DNA of 63,262 nt, the filler included, from Squatina squatina (Eukaryota), in the NCBI GenBank assembly GCA_031763465.1. It is 4 parts of 4 records of this genome, joined end to end, with 100 filler letters (N's around TTAATTAATTAA, not from the genome) between each part and the next. Parts side by side here need not be neighbours in the genome. Positions count along the whole stretch, not along the records: positions 50,400 to 63,262 come from JARFOE010000121.1; 3 more parts are not named here. The stretch is one strand, 5' to 3'. Positions 51,146 through 63,262 of the stretch are shown here, one piece after another (the stretch's first letter is position 1; each line of letters begins with the position of its first letter). The position numbers and the translations under genes are program-made. The notes beneath the pieces were generated by a model. The model saw only the letters and a program-made list of their open reading frames with translations. It ran no database searches and was not told the DNA's origin.

Positions 51146-53257
51146 TTATTGTTATATAGCATAAGTCACTGCACTGTTAAAATAATTCATTGTGTGAAGT
51201 GTTTTGAGCTGATAAGTTGTTGTATAAATGCAAATAATCATATTATTATGGGGGTCTTAAGAACCTGCGTTGTTTTGATCATGATGATGNNNNNNNNNNN
51301 NNNNNNNNNNNNNNNNNNNNNNNNNNNNNNNNNNNNNNNNNNNNNNNNNNNNNNNNNNNNNNNNNNNNNNNNNNNNNNNNNNNNNNNNNTACTGTTTACT
51401 CATTTGCTTTATCTTTAAAATTAACAAGGAGGAAAATATGGCCCTTGGTGCCTGCTGCTATAGACGGAGAAATGCTTCCAATTCCTCGAAAATCTATGTG
51501 TCCTTATGACACTATATCTTCTCCCTCAAGATACAGTTGCAGTACTATTTACACTTCACATTCAGTATCCCCACTGTAATGATCTACCAAACACAGCAAC
51601 AAATTGAACTGTGCCTGAACCAGCATCACACCCAATTAATGTCCTAAATCAGCAACCCCACTGGTATTTTATGGTTGATCCTATTCCGGCCCCACGAGAG
51701 ATTTTTTTTTGCTGGGATCTTACCTTGAGACACTGATCAACACAACACATTCAGGGTTATGAGTGTGGCTCACTGCGTGACCCTAATTTCAAGACTTGTG
51801 TTTACCAAGACTCGGAGCTGCAAGGGATTCCCCAGAGGGGAGAAACAGATATCCATTAGGGTCATAAAGTCGACCATTAATCTTCGGTAAGTTTTGACCC
51901 TGACGCCCCAAAGCAGTGATATTTGAGGTTTGGAATGCTTGTGTATGCTTTGTTCCATCTGTATTTTATTTATGACTAACATTCTGACTCCAGCTACTGT
52001 GCTTTCTATGAAGTAAAAAGCTCAACACCTGAAGCAGCGGCCTCGAAGGTATCTCTTGCTATAAAACGTTGCTGCAGTGTCTCCCTTTCTTATATATTGT
52101 GGTGACTAGGATCTCAGGTAGTCAACACGTCTTGTATCTTAGCTTCTTATAGGCCACCTCTTCCAGACCTCATGCTTGAAACTGAATAAAAGGTGAAAGC
52201 TCGTCTTTATTCATTTGGAACAATGAATATTTTACAGAACACAGACAGGTTGGATGGCTGAGAACACCACTGCATGATTTATACAATGTGATCCCAAGGC
52301 ATTGTACACTACTTAGTATAAAAGACGATCTCCCTTTGCACCACATGCCACGCACATGTTGAGATGACACGTTGAGTGTTCTGGCCAATATTTATCCCTC
52401 AATCAACATAACAAAANNNNNNNNNNNNNNNNNNNNNNNNNNNNNNNNNNNNNNNNNNNNNNNNNNNNNNNNNNNNNNNNNNNNNNNNNNNNNNNNNNNN
52501 NNNNNNNNNNNNNNNNCGAGAGCTCTGTTTCTTCGGGTGGAATGTGTATGTTGGATATAATTAGTCTGAATTAAATTGGAACTATTGAAGGCAACCAACC
52601 TATTAAATTATGAAAAAAAATCCAACTTACATTGTGACTGCAGTAAAATTCTGGTTATTTTAGGATTTGAGCTCCATAACATGAGAGTTTTAGGTTTGAA
52701 GAAAAGGATTTGAATTTTAAAAGAAAGGTTTCACGATTTGAGACATTAAAGGTAATTTTGCTTGTCAAGCATCTGGGTTGTTGGAAAATCGTGGGTTTGG
52801 AAACTTTTGAAAAACGTGACAAGTTGAAAACAATTGGAGTTTAATCTCAAGAGCTATCTTATCTGATGACAAAAGCTCGACCTGGGAGTCGTAAAAGAAT
52901 TGAGCATTTCTGTGTCTCACCCCTGAAAGACGAATATTAACTGCGAAGCCGCTTGTTTCCGAAATTGAAATTGATCAAATAAATTGACAGGAAAAGTAAA
53001 ATTGACGAGTTGTTTTAAGCACTCAGGAAGGAAAATTTTAACTGAAGTTTAACGGGGCAAGTTTAAAAGATTGAGAACAGTGATCCTGCCAATTACTGTG
53101 TGTCAAGAGAGAAAGAGGAAATAACATTTTTTTAAACAAATAAATAAAAAATAAAAATAAAATTAAACGTTGATGAAACCAGTCAGTGCAACAATACTGC
53201 TGTTTGGATTTGTGCCAAGTTTGAAATGATAAAAAGAATTGTTTTTAAAATATATTT

Positions 53258-53818
53258 ATAGCCTCCGCAAAATCCTACAAATCCACTGGCAGGATAAATG
53301 CACCAATGTCAGAGTCCTTTCTCAGGTCAACATCCCCAGCATCAAGGCACTTATCACGCTCAACGAACTGCGATGGGAGTGGGGGTCACATCGTCCGCAT
53401 GCCTGATTCAAGACTCCTGAAACGAACACTATATTCTGAGCTCCGTCACTGCAAGCGACTTCCTGGAGGGCAGAGGAAATGCTTCAAGAATGTCCTCGAA
53501 GCCTCCCTGGAAAAATGCAACATCCCCACCGCTTCATGGGAATCTCTGGCCCAAGATCACCCGAATTGGAGGAGATGCATCCGCGAAGTCGCCAACCGCT
53601 TTGAGCTTCTATGGCGGGAGCACGTGGAGGCCAAGCACAGACAGCGGAAGGAGCGCGCGGAAACCCGAGCATCCCAACCACTCGCCCCATCAAATAGCAC
53701 CTGCCCTACCTGTGGTCGAGTTTGCAGATCCCGTATAGGGCTGTTCAGCCACCTCAGAACCCACTACTCCGGAGTGGAAGCAAGTCATCCTCGACCCCAA
53801 GAGACTGTCTAAGAAGAA
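53258..53818 (+). mobile_element. RTE-clade LINE 3' end with C2H2 zinc finger
   Basis: LRKILQIHWQD..TN..VL, GHIVRMPDSRL.K..LYSEL...R..GGQRK and CPTCGRVCRSRIGLFSHLRTH; AAG-repeat tail. Confidence 0.9.
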
Positions 53819-56460
53819 CAGCGCTGTTAGGGAGGTAGTTCCAGATTTGCGACCCAGCGACAATGAAGGTACTGCGATATATTTCCATGTCAGGATGGTG
53901 TGTGTAAGAATCGGGCCAAAATGGTGGATGCTTTTGAGGCCAGGAACAAAATGGTGGACAGGTGTCAGGAATTTAAAACGNNNNNNNNNNNNNNNNNNNN
54001 NNNNNNNNNNNNNNNNNNNNNNNNNNNNNNNNNNNNNNNNNNNNNNNNNNNNNNNNNNNNNNNNNNNNNNNNNNNNNNNNTCTAACCAAGGTTCGATACA
54101 AGTTTAGCATAACATGCTGAACTGGAGTAATGGAGGTTTACTGTTGGCACCACGAGTTTCTGCTGAAATTCTCAGGATGTTTTACTTCAATGAGAAGCAA
54201 GCACAAAGTAAATTTACAGTTGCAGAAACCGACAGTAGTTCCCAGTGCTCTCGGCCTAAAATACAAGTGTATGAGTTGGACGATTTGAAATGTCATTATA
54301 AAACACTTAAGCTGTGCTACAGATGAGATCATTCCTTTCCGTAATGGAATGTTGTCTACATGCTGAGATGTTGATGGCTATCTACGTTTCAATCCCGTTC
54401 CAGATATCTCCTTCAGCCGCGCCTCTTCCTTGCACGGATTGCTTGTGACGTTCTCTGTACTTGGCGGCTGCTAAAAGCAATTCTTCTTAATGAAACAAAT
54501 CCCTTTTTTATTGTTGTCTTTCATTGTTTCATTAAGACCGATATGCTCCGAGCACCTCGGTAGCATGGGTTGGCGCCATAAACATGGTTGCTACTGGTGA
54601 CAGCTGAGGCTGTTTGCGGCACTAATTAATTTTATATATTAGACCTGTTCGTCCTATTGATCGATAATGCCTTGTAAATCATATTCACTGCGCTGTAGAT
54701 GAGTTAGTCTAAAGCTCTGGTCGGTTTGTTTGATTTTAGTATTAGCTCCATATAGTTGTACAAAGGGTGCTCAGTTATATATTTGAATGTAATATTGTTA
54801 TTCATTACTCAGAAGAACTTAAGAAGAATTGGGAGTTAAAAAGGTAGAGGGGCCAAAATTCCATTGCCCCACGATCGCGGCGCTAAGTCCAAAAATTGCA
54901 TCCCAGTAGTGCCCGACGCTAACATTGGCAAAGATTTGGAAAATTCCCGCATTTTTATCCAGGAGGCAAGCGGACCGCTAAATCAAGTGCTTCACTTGGC
55001 TTTTGGAGCGCAGAAGTCCCGGTTCGGGGCGCCCAGCTCAGCAGCGCCANNNNNNNNNNNNNNNNNNNNNNNNNNNNNNNNNNNNNNNNNNNNNNNNNNN
55101 NNNNNNNNNNNNNNNNNNNNNNNNNNNNNNNNNNNNNNNNNNNNNNNNNAGGGTTAATTTTTTATACATATTTTAAGTGTTGATTAGATCTTACAGAAGG
55201 AAGAATGAATAGGATGTAAAGCACACTGTGCAGAATAATAAATAGTACATTATTGCAGCTGCATTGATGTATTACATGGAGATACTGATGACAAGTGTTA
55301 GTAATGATGTGGAACATGTTCATGTTGAGGAGATCCGAAGAGCGAGAAATAGTTCTAAATTGCTTGGTATCTAAATCATTTTTCTTTTCTCTGACGTTGC
55401 ATCTGATGACGAGAGCTAGCTCTCTACCTTCTCCTTGGTTGGTTCGAACGTCCCACGAGTTTCCATTTTACCTATGGATCTGAAGTGCCCTCTTGGTGTT
55501 GGTGTCACTCAGCAACCGACCAGCAAAGGCATGATAGTCCCATATGACTGATTGAGAACAGAATCTAGGCTCGAGGTCGGATCACGTGCGTAAAGAACTG
55601 GCAGGAGAGACATTCTCGATGGTTTCATGGGTAAATGACCAATTAGCGTCTGCTGCTCTCCAGAATTATTCAGATGAGGTCCAATTTCAGATGAGTTTTA
55701 GGCCGCTGGCTTCTGGTGCACGCAGCGAGTACACCGACCGTTTTAGCCCCAACAAGGGACCTAAACAAATTTCTCCTTCAGGGTGCCTGCTGCTCAGCCA
55801 GCAGAAAATTTCTGTATTTAAGTTTCTGCTGGTCAGCAGAGGAGCTTGGCCAGTTTGAAATATGTGCACATTTCAAGTGAATTTCTATTTTAAAGGCTAT
55901 GTATAGTTATAAAATGAGTGGGAGATTTNNNNNNNNNNNNNNNNNNNNNNNNNNNNNNNNNNNNNNNNNNNNNNNNNNNNNNNNNNNNNNNNNNNNNNNN
56001 NNNNNNNNNNNNNNNNNNNNNNNNNNNNTACTCTTGTTCTTATTTTCTATGTTTCTATGTTTCTAAAGACGGCACCTCAGACCGTGCAGCATTCCTTCAG
56101 CACTGCACTGGAGTGTCAGCATAGATTTTGTGGAACCTTGCTGTGCACAAATGTGGATGTCCTGAGGTTGCAAAAGGCGCTATATAAATGCAAGGCTTTC
56201 TTATATTAAAACTACCATGTTCTGGGATTATTGTGCATTGTCTAAATAGATTATCAATTTATAGTAATTGATAACAGCAAGTTAGAAACAGTCTGAGCTG
56301 GCTCTTTCACATTCCATGTGCATTATAAGCAACAGCTTTTGGAAAGAAAGCACCAGAAGTAAAAAAAAACGCCAGCACAGTAAAGAACCCATTCAGTCTG
56401 GTGTTTATAGATGAACCTCATTACATCTAGAACAATGCACCAGCAAAGGTCAGTGGCTTT

Positions 56461-56487
56461 GAGGAGGAGGAGGAGGAGGAGGAGGAG
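56461..56487. repeat. (GAG)9 microsatellite
   Basis: Direct reading. Confidence 0.9.
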
Positions 56488-57617
56488 AGAAAACCAAGGG
56501 AAAAAATATTAATGTTCCAACCTCAAAAGCCCACAGCAAATAACGCTTCTGTCATTTGAAACTTAAGTTTTGAAAATTTCTTTCTAAGGAGCTAAATTAT
56601 ACCTCTTGCGCATGCAGGCTGTACTTTGCGTGTCGAATTTCTTGGCAGGCTTTACGCTACTAGTTTGCCCGATTTAAAAGGTAGTGTGANNNNNNNNNNN
56701 NNNNNNNNNNNNNNNNNNNNNNNNNNNNNNNNNNNNNNNNNNNNNNNNNNNNNNNNNNNNNNNNNNNNNNNNNNNNNNNNNNNNNNNNNGATTATTATTA
56801 CCTTTGGTGCACACTCAAAGAATGCAGTTAGACCCCACTGAGCCCAGAAAAGCCACGTTGTTCCCAGCAGGAAGTGGGGGACTGATTTAACTTGTCTACT
56901 ACTACAGTACAAAAAAGCCTCGTTTGTTCAGTTGCTCAAGGCGCTGGGCAATTCTAATCCACAAAGGATGGCGTGAAAAACAGTAATGATAGGATGGCTT
57001 AAAAGAGATTGAGTGGACTTTTTGACAGTCTACATTTTAATGGAATATGGATTTACTGTGCTTCACTTGTGTTATTCCCTCTTTTTTTAAATTAAATTCT
57101 AAATCTCATTCTTACCTTGTGCAGTCAAAGTCCACAGCATTAAAATCAAATCAGACACCTACAGCACCATGGCCACTGATAGCTGATCCTCGGCCAGGGG
57201 TCCAACAGGAAGCAACTTTGTGAGAAATGAAGTGGCGGGGAATGAGGAGGACAAGGAGCCCGGCATTAACACTGGATGCTGGAAGGAGGGCAGCCGAGGA
57301 TGGTTAGAGCACAGCCGGATGAACTTAGGGTTGGATGTAGGGAATTAAATCTTAAGAGCCTTGAGGAATAGGCCACCACGTGGATAACACGGACATTGAG
57401 GGATGAGAGGGAACAACTGATGGTGGAATGTGTGGCTGATCATTACCAGTGGTGGACAATTAAACAACTAACAGGAGGAGGAGGTTCCATGAATATCCCC
57501 ATCCTCAATGATGACAGNNNNNNNNNNNNNNNNNNNNNNNNNNNNNNNNNNNNNNNNNNNNNNNNNNNNNNNNNNNNNNNNNNNNNNNNNNNNNNNNNNN
57601 NNNNNNNNNNNNNNNNN

Positions 57618-58200
57618 GGTGACCTCTTGTAGGGCAGGGCTTGTGCTGAGGTGATGGTGGGTAGGATGTTGAGGGATGGAGTCGAGGGCTCGGGCATCGA
57701 GGACTGAGTTTTGGTTGAGTTCCTCGAAGTGCTCCTTCCACTACCCTTTGTGTGAAGAAGTGCGATCAGATATAATGAACAGCCTGGCTCTAATTTTAAG
57801 CTTATACTCTTCGTTCTGGACTGTCCCACCAGAGGAAACAGTTTCTCTCTTTCCACTCTATCAAACCCTTTAATCACCCTTTAATTTTCTATACCCAAGG
57901 GAATACAAACCTAGTCTATGCAACCTGGTCTCGTAATTTAACTCTTTCATCCCCTAGTATAATTCTGGTGAATATGCACTGCACCCGCTCCAAGGCCAAT
58001 ATGTCTTTTTTGAGGTACAGTGCCCATAACTGAATGCGATACTCCAGCAGAGCTTTATATGACTGTAGCCTAACTCCCACCCTGCTGTTTTGCAGCCCCC
58101 TTGAGATAATGGCTGACATTCCATTAGTCTTTTTTTGTACCTGTCCACAGATCTGTACGCATATCCCTAAATCTCTCTGCTCCTCCACACTTCCTAGCTC
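57618..58200 (-). mobile_element. Adjacent RTE (57618-57745) and CR1 (57750-58200) LINE fragments
   Basis: WKEHFEEL..NSVLDARALDSIPQ (RTE); LGSVEEQRDLG...KKDILALERVQ..FTR and KGFDRVEREKLFPLVGQSRT (CR1). Confidence 0.8.
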
Positions 58201-60499
58201 TATTTTTCTTAACAGAACCCCTGTCATTGACCCTCACCTGCGCCCTGCACAGAATCACAGAACAGAACTCGAGATATTTGCTTTTGCCCTCGCAGACGGT
58301 TTAGAAACCGCATTCAGTAATTCATGTTCATATAGCCTTGCAGCCCAAATCATCCCGAGCTTTACTGCACCTTGAACACGACAGATTGGTTAGCAGGAGA
58401 GCTGCAGGCAGACGACTTTGATAAAAGCTTAAATGTTCATTTTCCTCATGTGAGTAAACATGACTGCCCTCCGAATGGTCTTGTTAGTGTGGATGAACTG
58501 TACTTTTATCAACGAGTCTGTTCAGCCTAATCCAGTTAGAGCAAGATATTGTGCTTCATGGGGCACAATTTCAATTCTAATGGGTTTGAAGATGACAACA
58601 GCGAGCAGCAATGAAGAAGCAATCAGCAGCTTTTGATTGGGTCATTGTCCATTGCAAAGATGCTGCCAGTGACTTAAAACCCAGTGTGGAAGTGGTTGCA
58701 AATGTTAAACAGTTTGGTACCCACAGCTTAGGTTCAGAAAGAGCTGAGATGTCTAGAAAGGGGGGAAAAGAACTTAGTGAAAATATTNNNNNNNNNNNNN
58801 NNNNNNNNNNNNNNNNNNNNNNNNNNNNNNNNNNNNNNNNNNNNNNNNNNNNNNNNNNNNNNNNNNNNNNNNNNNNNNNNNNNNNNNCTCAATCCATTAT
58901 CATCTTGTTGCTAAGCAGCTCATGCTGCATGGATTCATTCTCTAACACATGAGACTTTGAGCTCTCGCATTATTAAAGCCAACTTCAATTTGGACTAAAC
59001 ACTGCCAGGAATTAATTCTTGAATCTGGAACTGAAGACTGCATGGGAGCATTACTTCCACCAATCTGCCTCCTAATTTACAATTTCAAGTCACTTTTAAT
59101 CCAATCTAATTTTATCATTACTGCTGATGGTTACCAGTAAATTGAAGTTTCAAACCTGGTAGATCTATTTACTGGGCAAAAAAAAATCATCTCCAAAGTT
59201 AATTCCACACAATCACTTATGTCAATTATAAAATCCAGAGCCATAACCTAATTTATAAATCTATTATCCACCAAAATGGAGGGGATTCCCTTAGTGGATA
59301 ATAGAAACTTCTGGCAGCATGTCACACAAAGCTCTGTCCCAGGAAAATGCTGGCAGATAATCAGGAAGAGATATTTTAAGCATGGTTCCACTGTATAACA
59401 CTTAGAATGGCAATGAATAGACTATTTCTCTATTCTCTTTGCTGTATTTGGAATTTGTACAATTTTTGCAAATGGCAAGACATTTAGAATGATGTTCAAT
59501 GCCAGAATTCAAGTTAATTAGGCAAAATAGAGGCTGACAATGTGCAAAAATATATTTGATCTTTAATGTTTCTTTTGTGTTTCACATTTTAGCTTGCAAT
59601 ATTTCCTTGGCTACATTCTTTCTGGCAAAATACACGCATTCCGTTTTCCTTCCTTATATTTACAAAGGCTGACTGCAGCAATCTGTTCCTGTGGGGCTGC
59701 AAATGGACGAAGTGCTAATTCAAAATGGAATTGCAGTTAAAATTTGCCAGAACTTTTCAACTTAAACTGAAACTCCCCGTATGTCTACACATTGATGCTT
59801 TGGGAGTTGTAGTTGCTGTTCTGTTAATAACTGTGCGAGCCTGATCATGAACCGATAACCCCAGCAGCAGTTGTCATGGTGCTTACTGCAGGGCCTTTTG
59901 CATTTTTTTTCCCCTCTCTTTTAACAATGTTTGAAAATGTTAATCTATGCAGTGGAAGGAAATTTAAATAAAGATCTAACACGCACAGTCTACAAACTCT
60001 CTCTCTCTGGTGTTAATTATCCAGGAAGTTTGCAGGGAGTGAAAGTACCTTATGGACACAGGGGAAAAAATAAGTGACAACCCTGTATCACAGTCAGCTG
60101 TGCAAACTGACATTAATTGTTTCTCACTTCCTCTGGTAGATTTGCATTTGAAATAAGCTGGGAGCAGAGTGGCACCAAGATGATTTTTTTCCCTAACAAG
60201 ATTCGAGCACAGTTGGAGAAGGTATTAATACCTCAAGTTACAAACTATGCTCTAATAAAGTCTGCTGATTTATTGCACCGAGTGAGTGAGTGCGAGCGTG
60301 GTGGATCGATTGGCTGATGCACGCTCATTTCTGGGACAGGCATTTGAATCCAGCTCGGCCTGAGGGGGCTCCGCAGGCTGCAAGGGTCCAAACGTGAAAT
60401 GAGTTGAGCTGTCACATTCCAGCTCCAAGTGAAATGAGCTCTAGCACTAATTGGCAATGAACTGGCAGTCACACTCAGAAAAAGCTTTAAAGATAGTGT

Positions 60500-60591
60500 A
60501 TTGGGGGGGGAAGTGTATAGGAGCAGGGAGGTTCTACTGCAGTTGTACAGGGCCTTGGTGAGACCACACCTGGAGTATTGTGTACAGTTTT
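60500..60591 (+). mobile_element. CR1 ORF2 fragment
   Basis: [25 protein letters not shown]. Confidence 0.85.
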
Positions 60592-62178
60592 NNNNNNNNN
60601 NNNNNNNNNNNNNNNNNNNNNNNNNNNNNNNNNNNNNNNNNNNNNNNNNNNNNNNNNNNNNNNNNNNNNNNNNNNNNNNNNNNNNNNNNNNGCTGGTGTA
60701 ATTTGATCTTTAACCCATGGCAACCCCAGTACAAAAGACTAGGCTTGACTTCTTTTTAGCATCATAATTTGTTGTGTGTGACAATGTCGCTACCAGGGGA
60801 CTTAATTTTGTACCTCTAGCTACAGATTGGTTGGGAACAAAATATCAGATGGTCCACAACACTGTAGTCCAATCAAAAGTGCATAGGTGGAGGCTGACAA
60901 GACACCATTTAACAGAATGAAATAGAAAATATGCCAACATGAGCATAAGTCTCTATATAGTAATAATACAAGGAGTACTAATAGTTACAATATTTAACTC
61001 CCAACGTTTACCTATTGCTTTCCCCTCCCATCATTGTTTTAGTTAGTCCTATAAAGGGCTGGCTTGTGTTTTTCCATTCCAACAAAGAGTCTCTACCCAA
61101 AACCTTATTCTTTCTTTTCTGCTTTTAGATGCTAATAAGGCCACTGTGCATTTCCAGCATTTTCTGTTTTGATTTCGGATTTCCAGCATTTGCAGTTTTT
61201 TCACTTTTTTCTCTGCAATTTTTTTATTTTTATTTTTTTATTTTGCACGATTTACATCCAGGGACTCCCCAAGAGAAGCTTCGCAGACCCCTTCCTCAGG
61301 AGGTGGAATGGGGTCAAAAGGGCAAGTGGGGTTCATGGTTGAGTGGGTTGTGTATGGTTTATCAAAAGGAACGGGTTTGATAGGTGAAGTTGTTTTTTTC
61401 TTGTTTCATGTCAGAAAGAAAATACATTAGATGGATGAAAGGGTGCAATACCAGCTCTATTTTCACTTTGGTACAACCAAGGGAGACAGCGTTCTCATCG
61501 CCTGCTCATATCTCTGACGGTGGGAGGAGCAGAGTTCCATACCTGCATAGTCAACGCTGCTCACCAAGGCTCCGACTGTCAGTGAGAGTTTAACAGCTGA
61601 CTTCACAGTCTGTTCCTTTCAATTATTAAACTGTGAATAGTGTTTAGACGGGCTTTCAGAGTTTCTATCTAACCTTAAAAACTTACTCTATTCTGCGCTG
61701 AGTTAGCAGATCAATAGCATCAGTTTCTCTGGGCTTGGATGGCAGGTGGCGGGGGGGTATGCGGTGGAAATGACCCAGTACCATGTCACCCTCCCTCCTA
61801 CCACTGGAAAATACATAAGTGGACAGTGGGAGAGAGCTGGATCAAACCTGATGCAGTCTTCCCGTGGTTGAATATCATGCCAATGCTTGGTTGGGGTATG
61901 AAGGATGGTCACTTCCCAGATGTACCAGGGGGCTGCTGGTATTTGTGGAACTGTACCAAAAACATGGGGCAGTCGTTCAGCTTGGCACAAGCTGATGTGT
62001 GTCACGCGGTGCCGTTTTCTTTTGGTTTTAGGCCAGTTCCTGATAAGACATCACACCTACTCCCAGTGCGCAGTTTAAGGGTAAGTGTGCAATGCAACAA
62101 TTAAGAGTCACCTGGGCTTAACCAGTCTGTTACTATGCTAATCGGAAATATACAAACAGGGGACCAAAAGCGACATGA

Positions 62179-62358
62179 GGGGTTAGATTTTCAACACGCT
62201 GCTGGGGTGTAAAGCTGAATTGTCGGCCTGTTAGAGAAAATGTCTGATTTTGGTTTCAATTAAGTTCAATGAAAATTAAAATCAAATGGTTTCTATAATG
62301 GGCAGTCCATCTGCAACAGCAGTTTTATGTCCAGACAGCAAGTTACAAATGAAACCTG
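62179..62358. mobile_element. Degenerate palindromic MITE
   Basis: GGGGTTAGATTTTCAAC..GCTG..GG.GTAAAGCTG pairs imperfectly with CAGTTTTATGTCCAGACAGCAAGTTACAAATGAAACC; central inverted repeat GATTTT...AAAATC. Confidence 0.5.
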
Positions 62359-62754
62359 GTATGGCTGGGGTACAAATCTGCACTTCAACTGGGCAAAAGT
62401 AAATGAAGTCAAGTATGATCCCTAATGAACACAGGCCATGTGGTGAACAGATGAAGGCTGTCTGTGGTGGAACTCTGATAGCTACCATCTCAGCTACCAC
62501 CCTGGAAGGGAGATAGGAGTGCCAAACTGGTCACCCTGGCAAACTGGAGCCCGTCACACGGGGTATGCATGCCCAGAGATATGATATGTGGAATTATCGT
62601 TGACGCAAGTGATCAGATGCTCCAAGTAAAGGGGTTGAACGACTCTCGAGCAGATTTTCATATAGCTTGGATTCCGTGGTGCGGGCTGGGGGACTGATAC
62701 AAATGGTGGACAACATATGAGAGACCCACAGTCTCTGTAAGTGAGCAGGTGGTA

Positions 62755-63240
62755 TGGCACATAATGGAATCATTACGCAAAACTGTAATAGAAAAACATC
62801 GAGAAACTGAAAATATAATCAACATTGGTCAGCACGGATTTGAAAAGGGATGGTCATGCATAACCAAACTTATTGAATTATTTGAAGAAATAACTGAAAT
62901 GATATATAAGGGCAATGCTGTAGGCGTAATATGTTTCGATTTCCAAAACCCCTTCAATAAGGGACCGCAGAAGAACATTAAAATTAGTACCAGGAATACA
63001 CCATAGAGCCCCTCGAGCCTGCTCCACCATTCAATAAGATAGGAACATATGAACCTAGGAGCAGGAGTAGGCCATTTAGACCCACAAGCCTGTTCCACCA
63101 TTCAATGAAATCATGGCCAATCTGCGACCAAACTACACACACCCGCATTTGGCCCATATCCCTTAATACCTTTGGTTAACGTAAAGCTATCAATCCCTGA
63201 TTAACAATTGATCTAGCATCAATTGCTATTCGCAGAAAAG
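62755..63240. mobile_element. CR1 RT fragment (+, to about 62965) joined to two tandem CR1 3' termini (-)
   Basis: QHGFEKGWSCITKLIELFEEIT...DFQNPFNK; then a duplicated GAACAT..AA.TAG.A.CAGGA.TA..CCAT...GCCTG.TCCACCATTCAAT block. Confidence 0.8.
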
Positions 63241-63262
63241 AACCTATGTGTGTCGAAGTGTT

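Noticed and set aside
51429-51579. Possible terminal exon (frames ending CLLL, KIYVSL or SVSPL)
   Set aside because: Three alternative readings, none identifiable.
54385-54475. Possible GPI-signal exon (+) or terminal exon (-)
   Set aside because: Acceptors on both strands; strand and frame cannot be decided.
61739-62104. Trp-rich 121-aa ORF
   Set aside because: No domain recognised; only the 49-nt internal exon candidate has splice support.

Overview
Vertebrate nuclear DNA, most likely from a shark or other cartilaginous fish. This is inferred from the repeat content: CR1, L2 and RTE LINEs, Deu-domain SINEs, Penelope and Harbinger elements. The window is not one locus. Three artificial 100-bp linkers (N44-TTAATTAATTAA-N44 at 21593-21692, 34221-34320 and 50300-50399) join four separate gap-rich scaffolds. 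Scaffold 1 holds two KATNA1 exons, many repeats and a few unidentified exon-like segments. Scaffold 2 holds an intact Spot14/MID1IP1-like CDS, a decayed two-gene Harbinger transposon, three SRPX2 exons and two spliced exons of a divergent YrdC/Sua5-family gene whose peptides the ORF track does not show. Scaffold 3 holds the syntenic block HNRNPA3 (+), NFE2L2/Nrf2 (-) and AGPS (+), with two tRNA-Ala genes. Scaffold 4 is mostly repeats plus unidentified small exons and an enhancer-like segment. The most notable observations are the non-canonical YrdC paralogue, a TAG replacing the Tyr of the hnRNPA3 PY-NLS, a MITE starting at +8 of the intron after the Keap1-binding Nrf2 exon, and the MID1IP1-like/SRPX2 linkage. 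Several single-base lesions fall at conserved positions, so consensus error is likely and single-base claims need read-level checks. Gene identities come from recognising translated motifs from memory, not from database searches.
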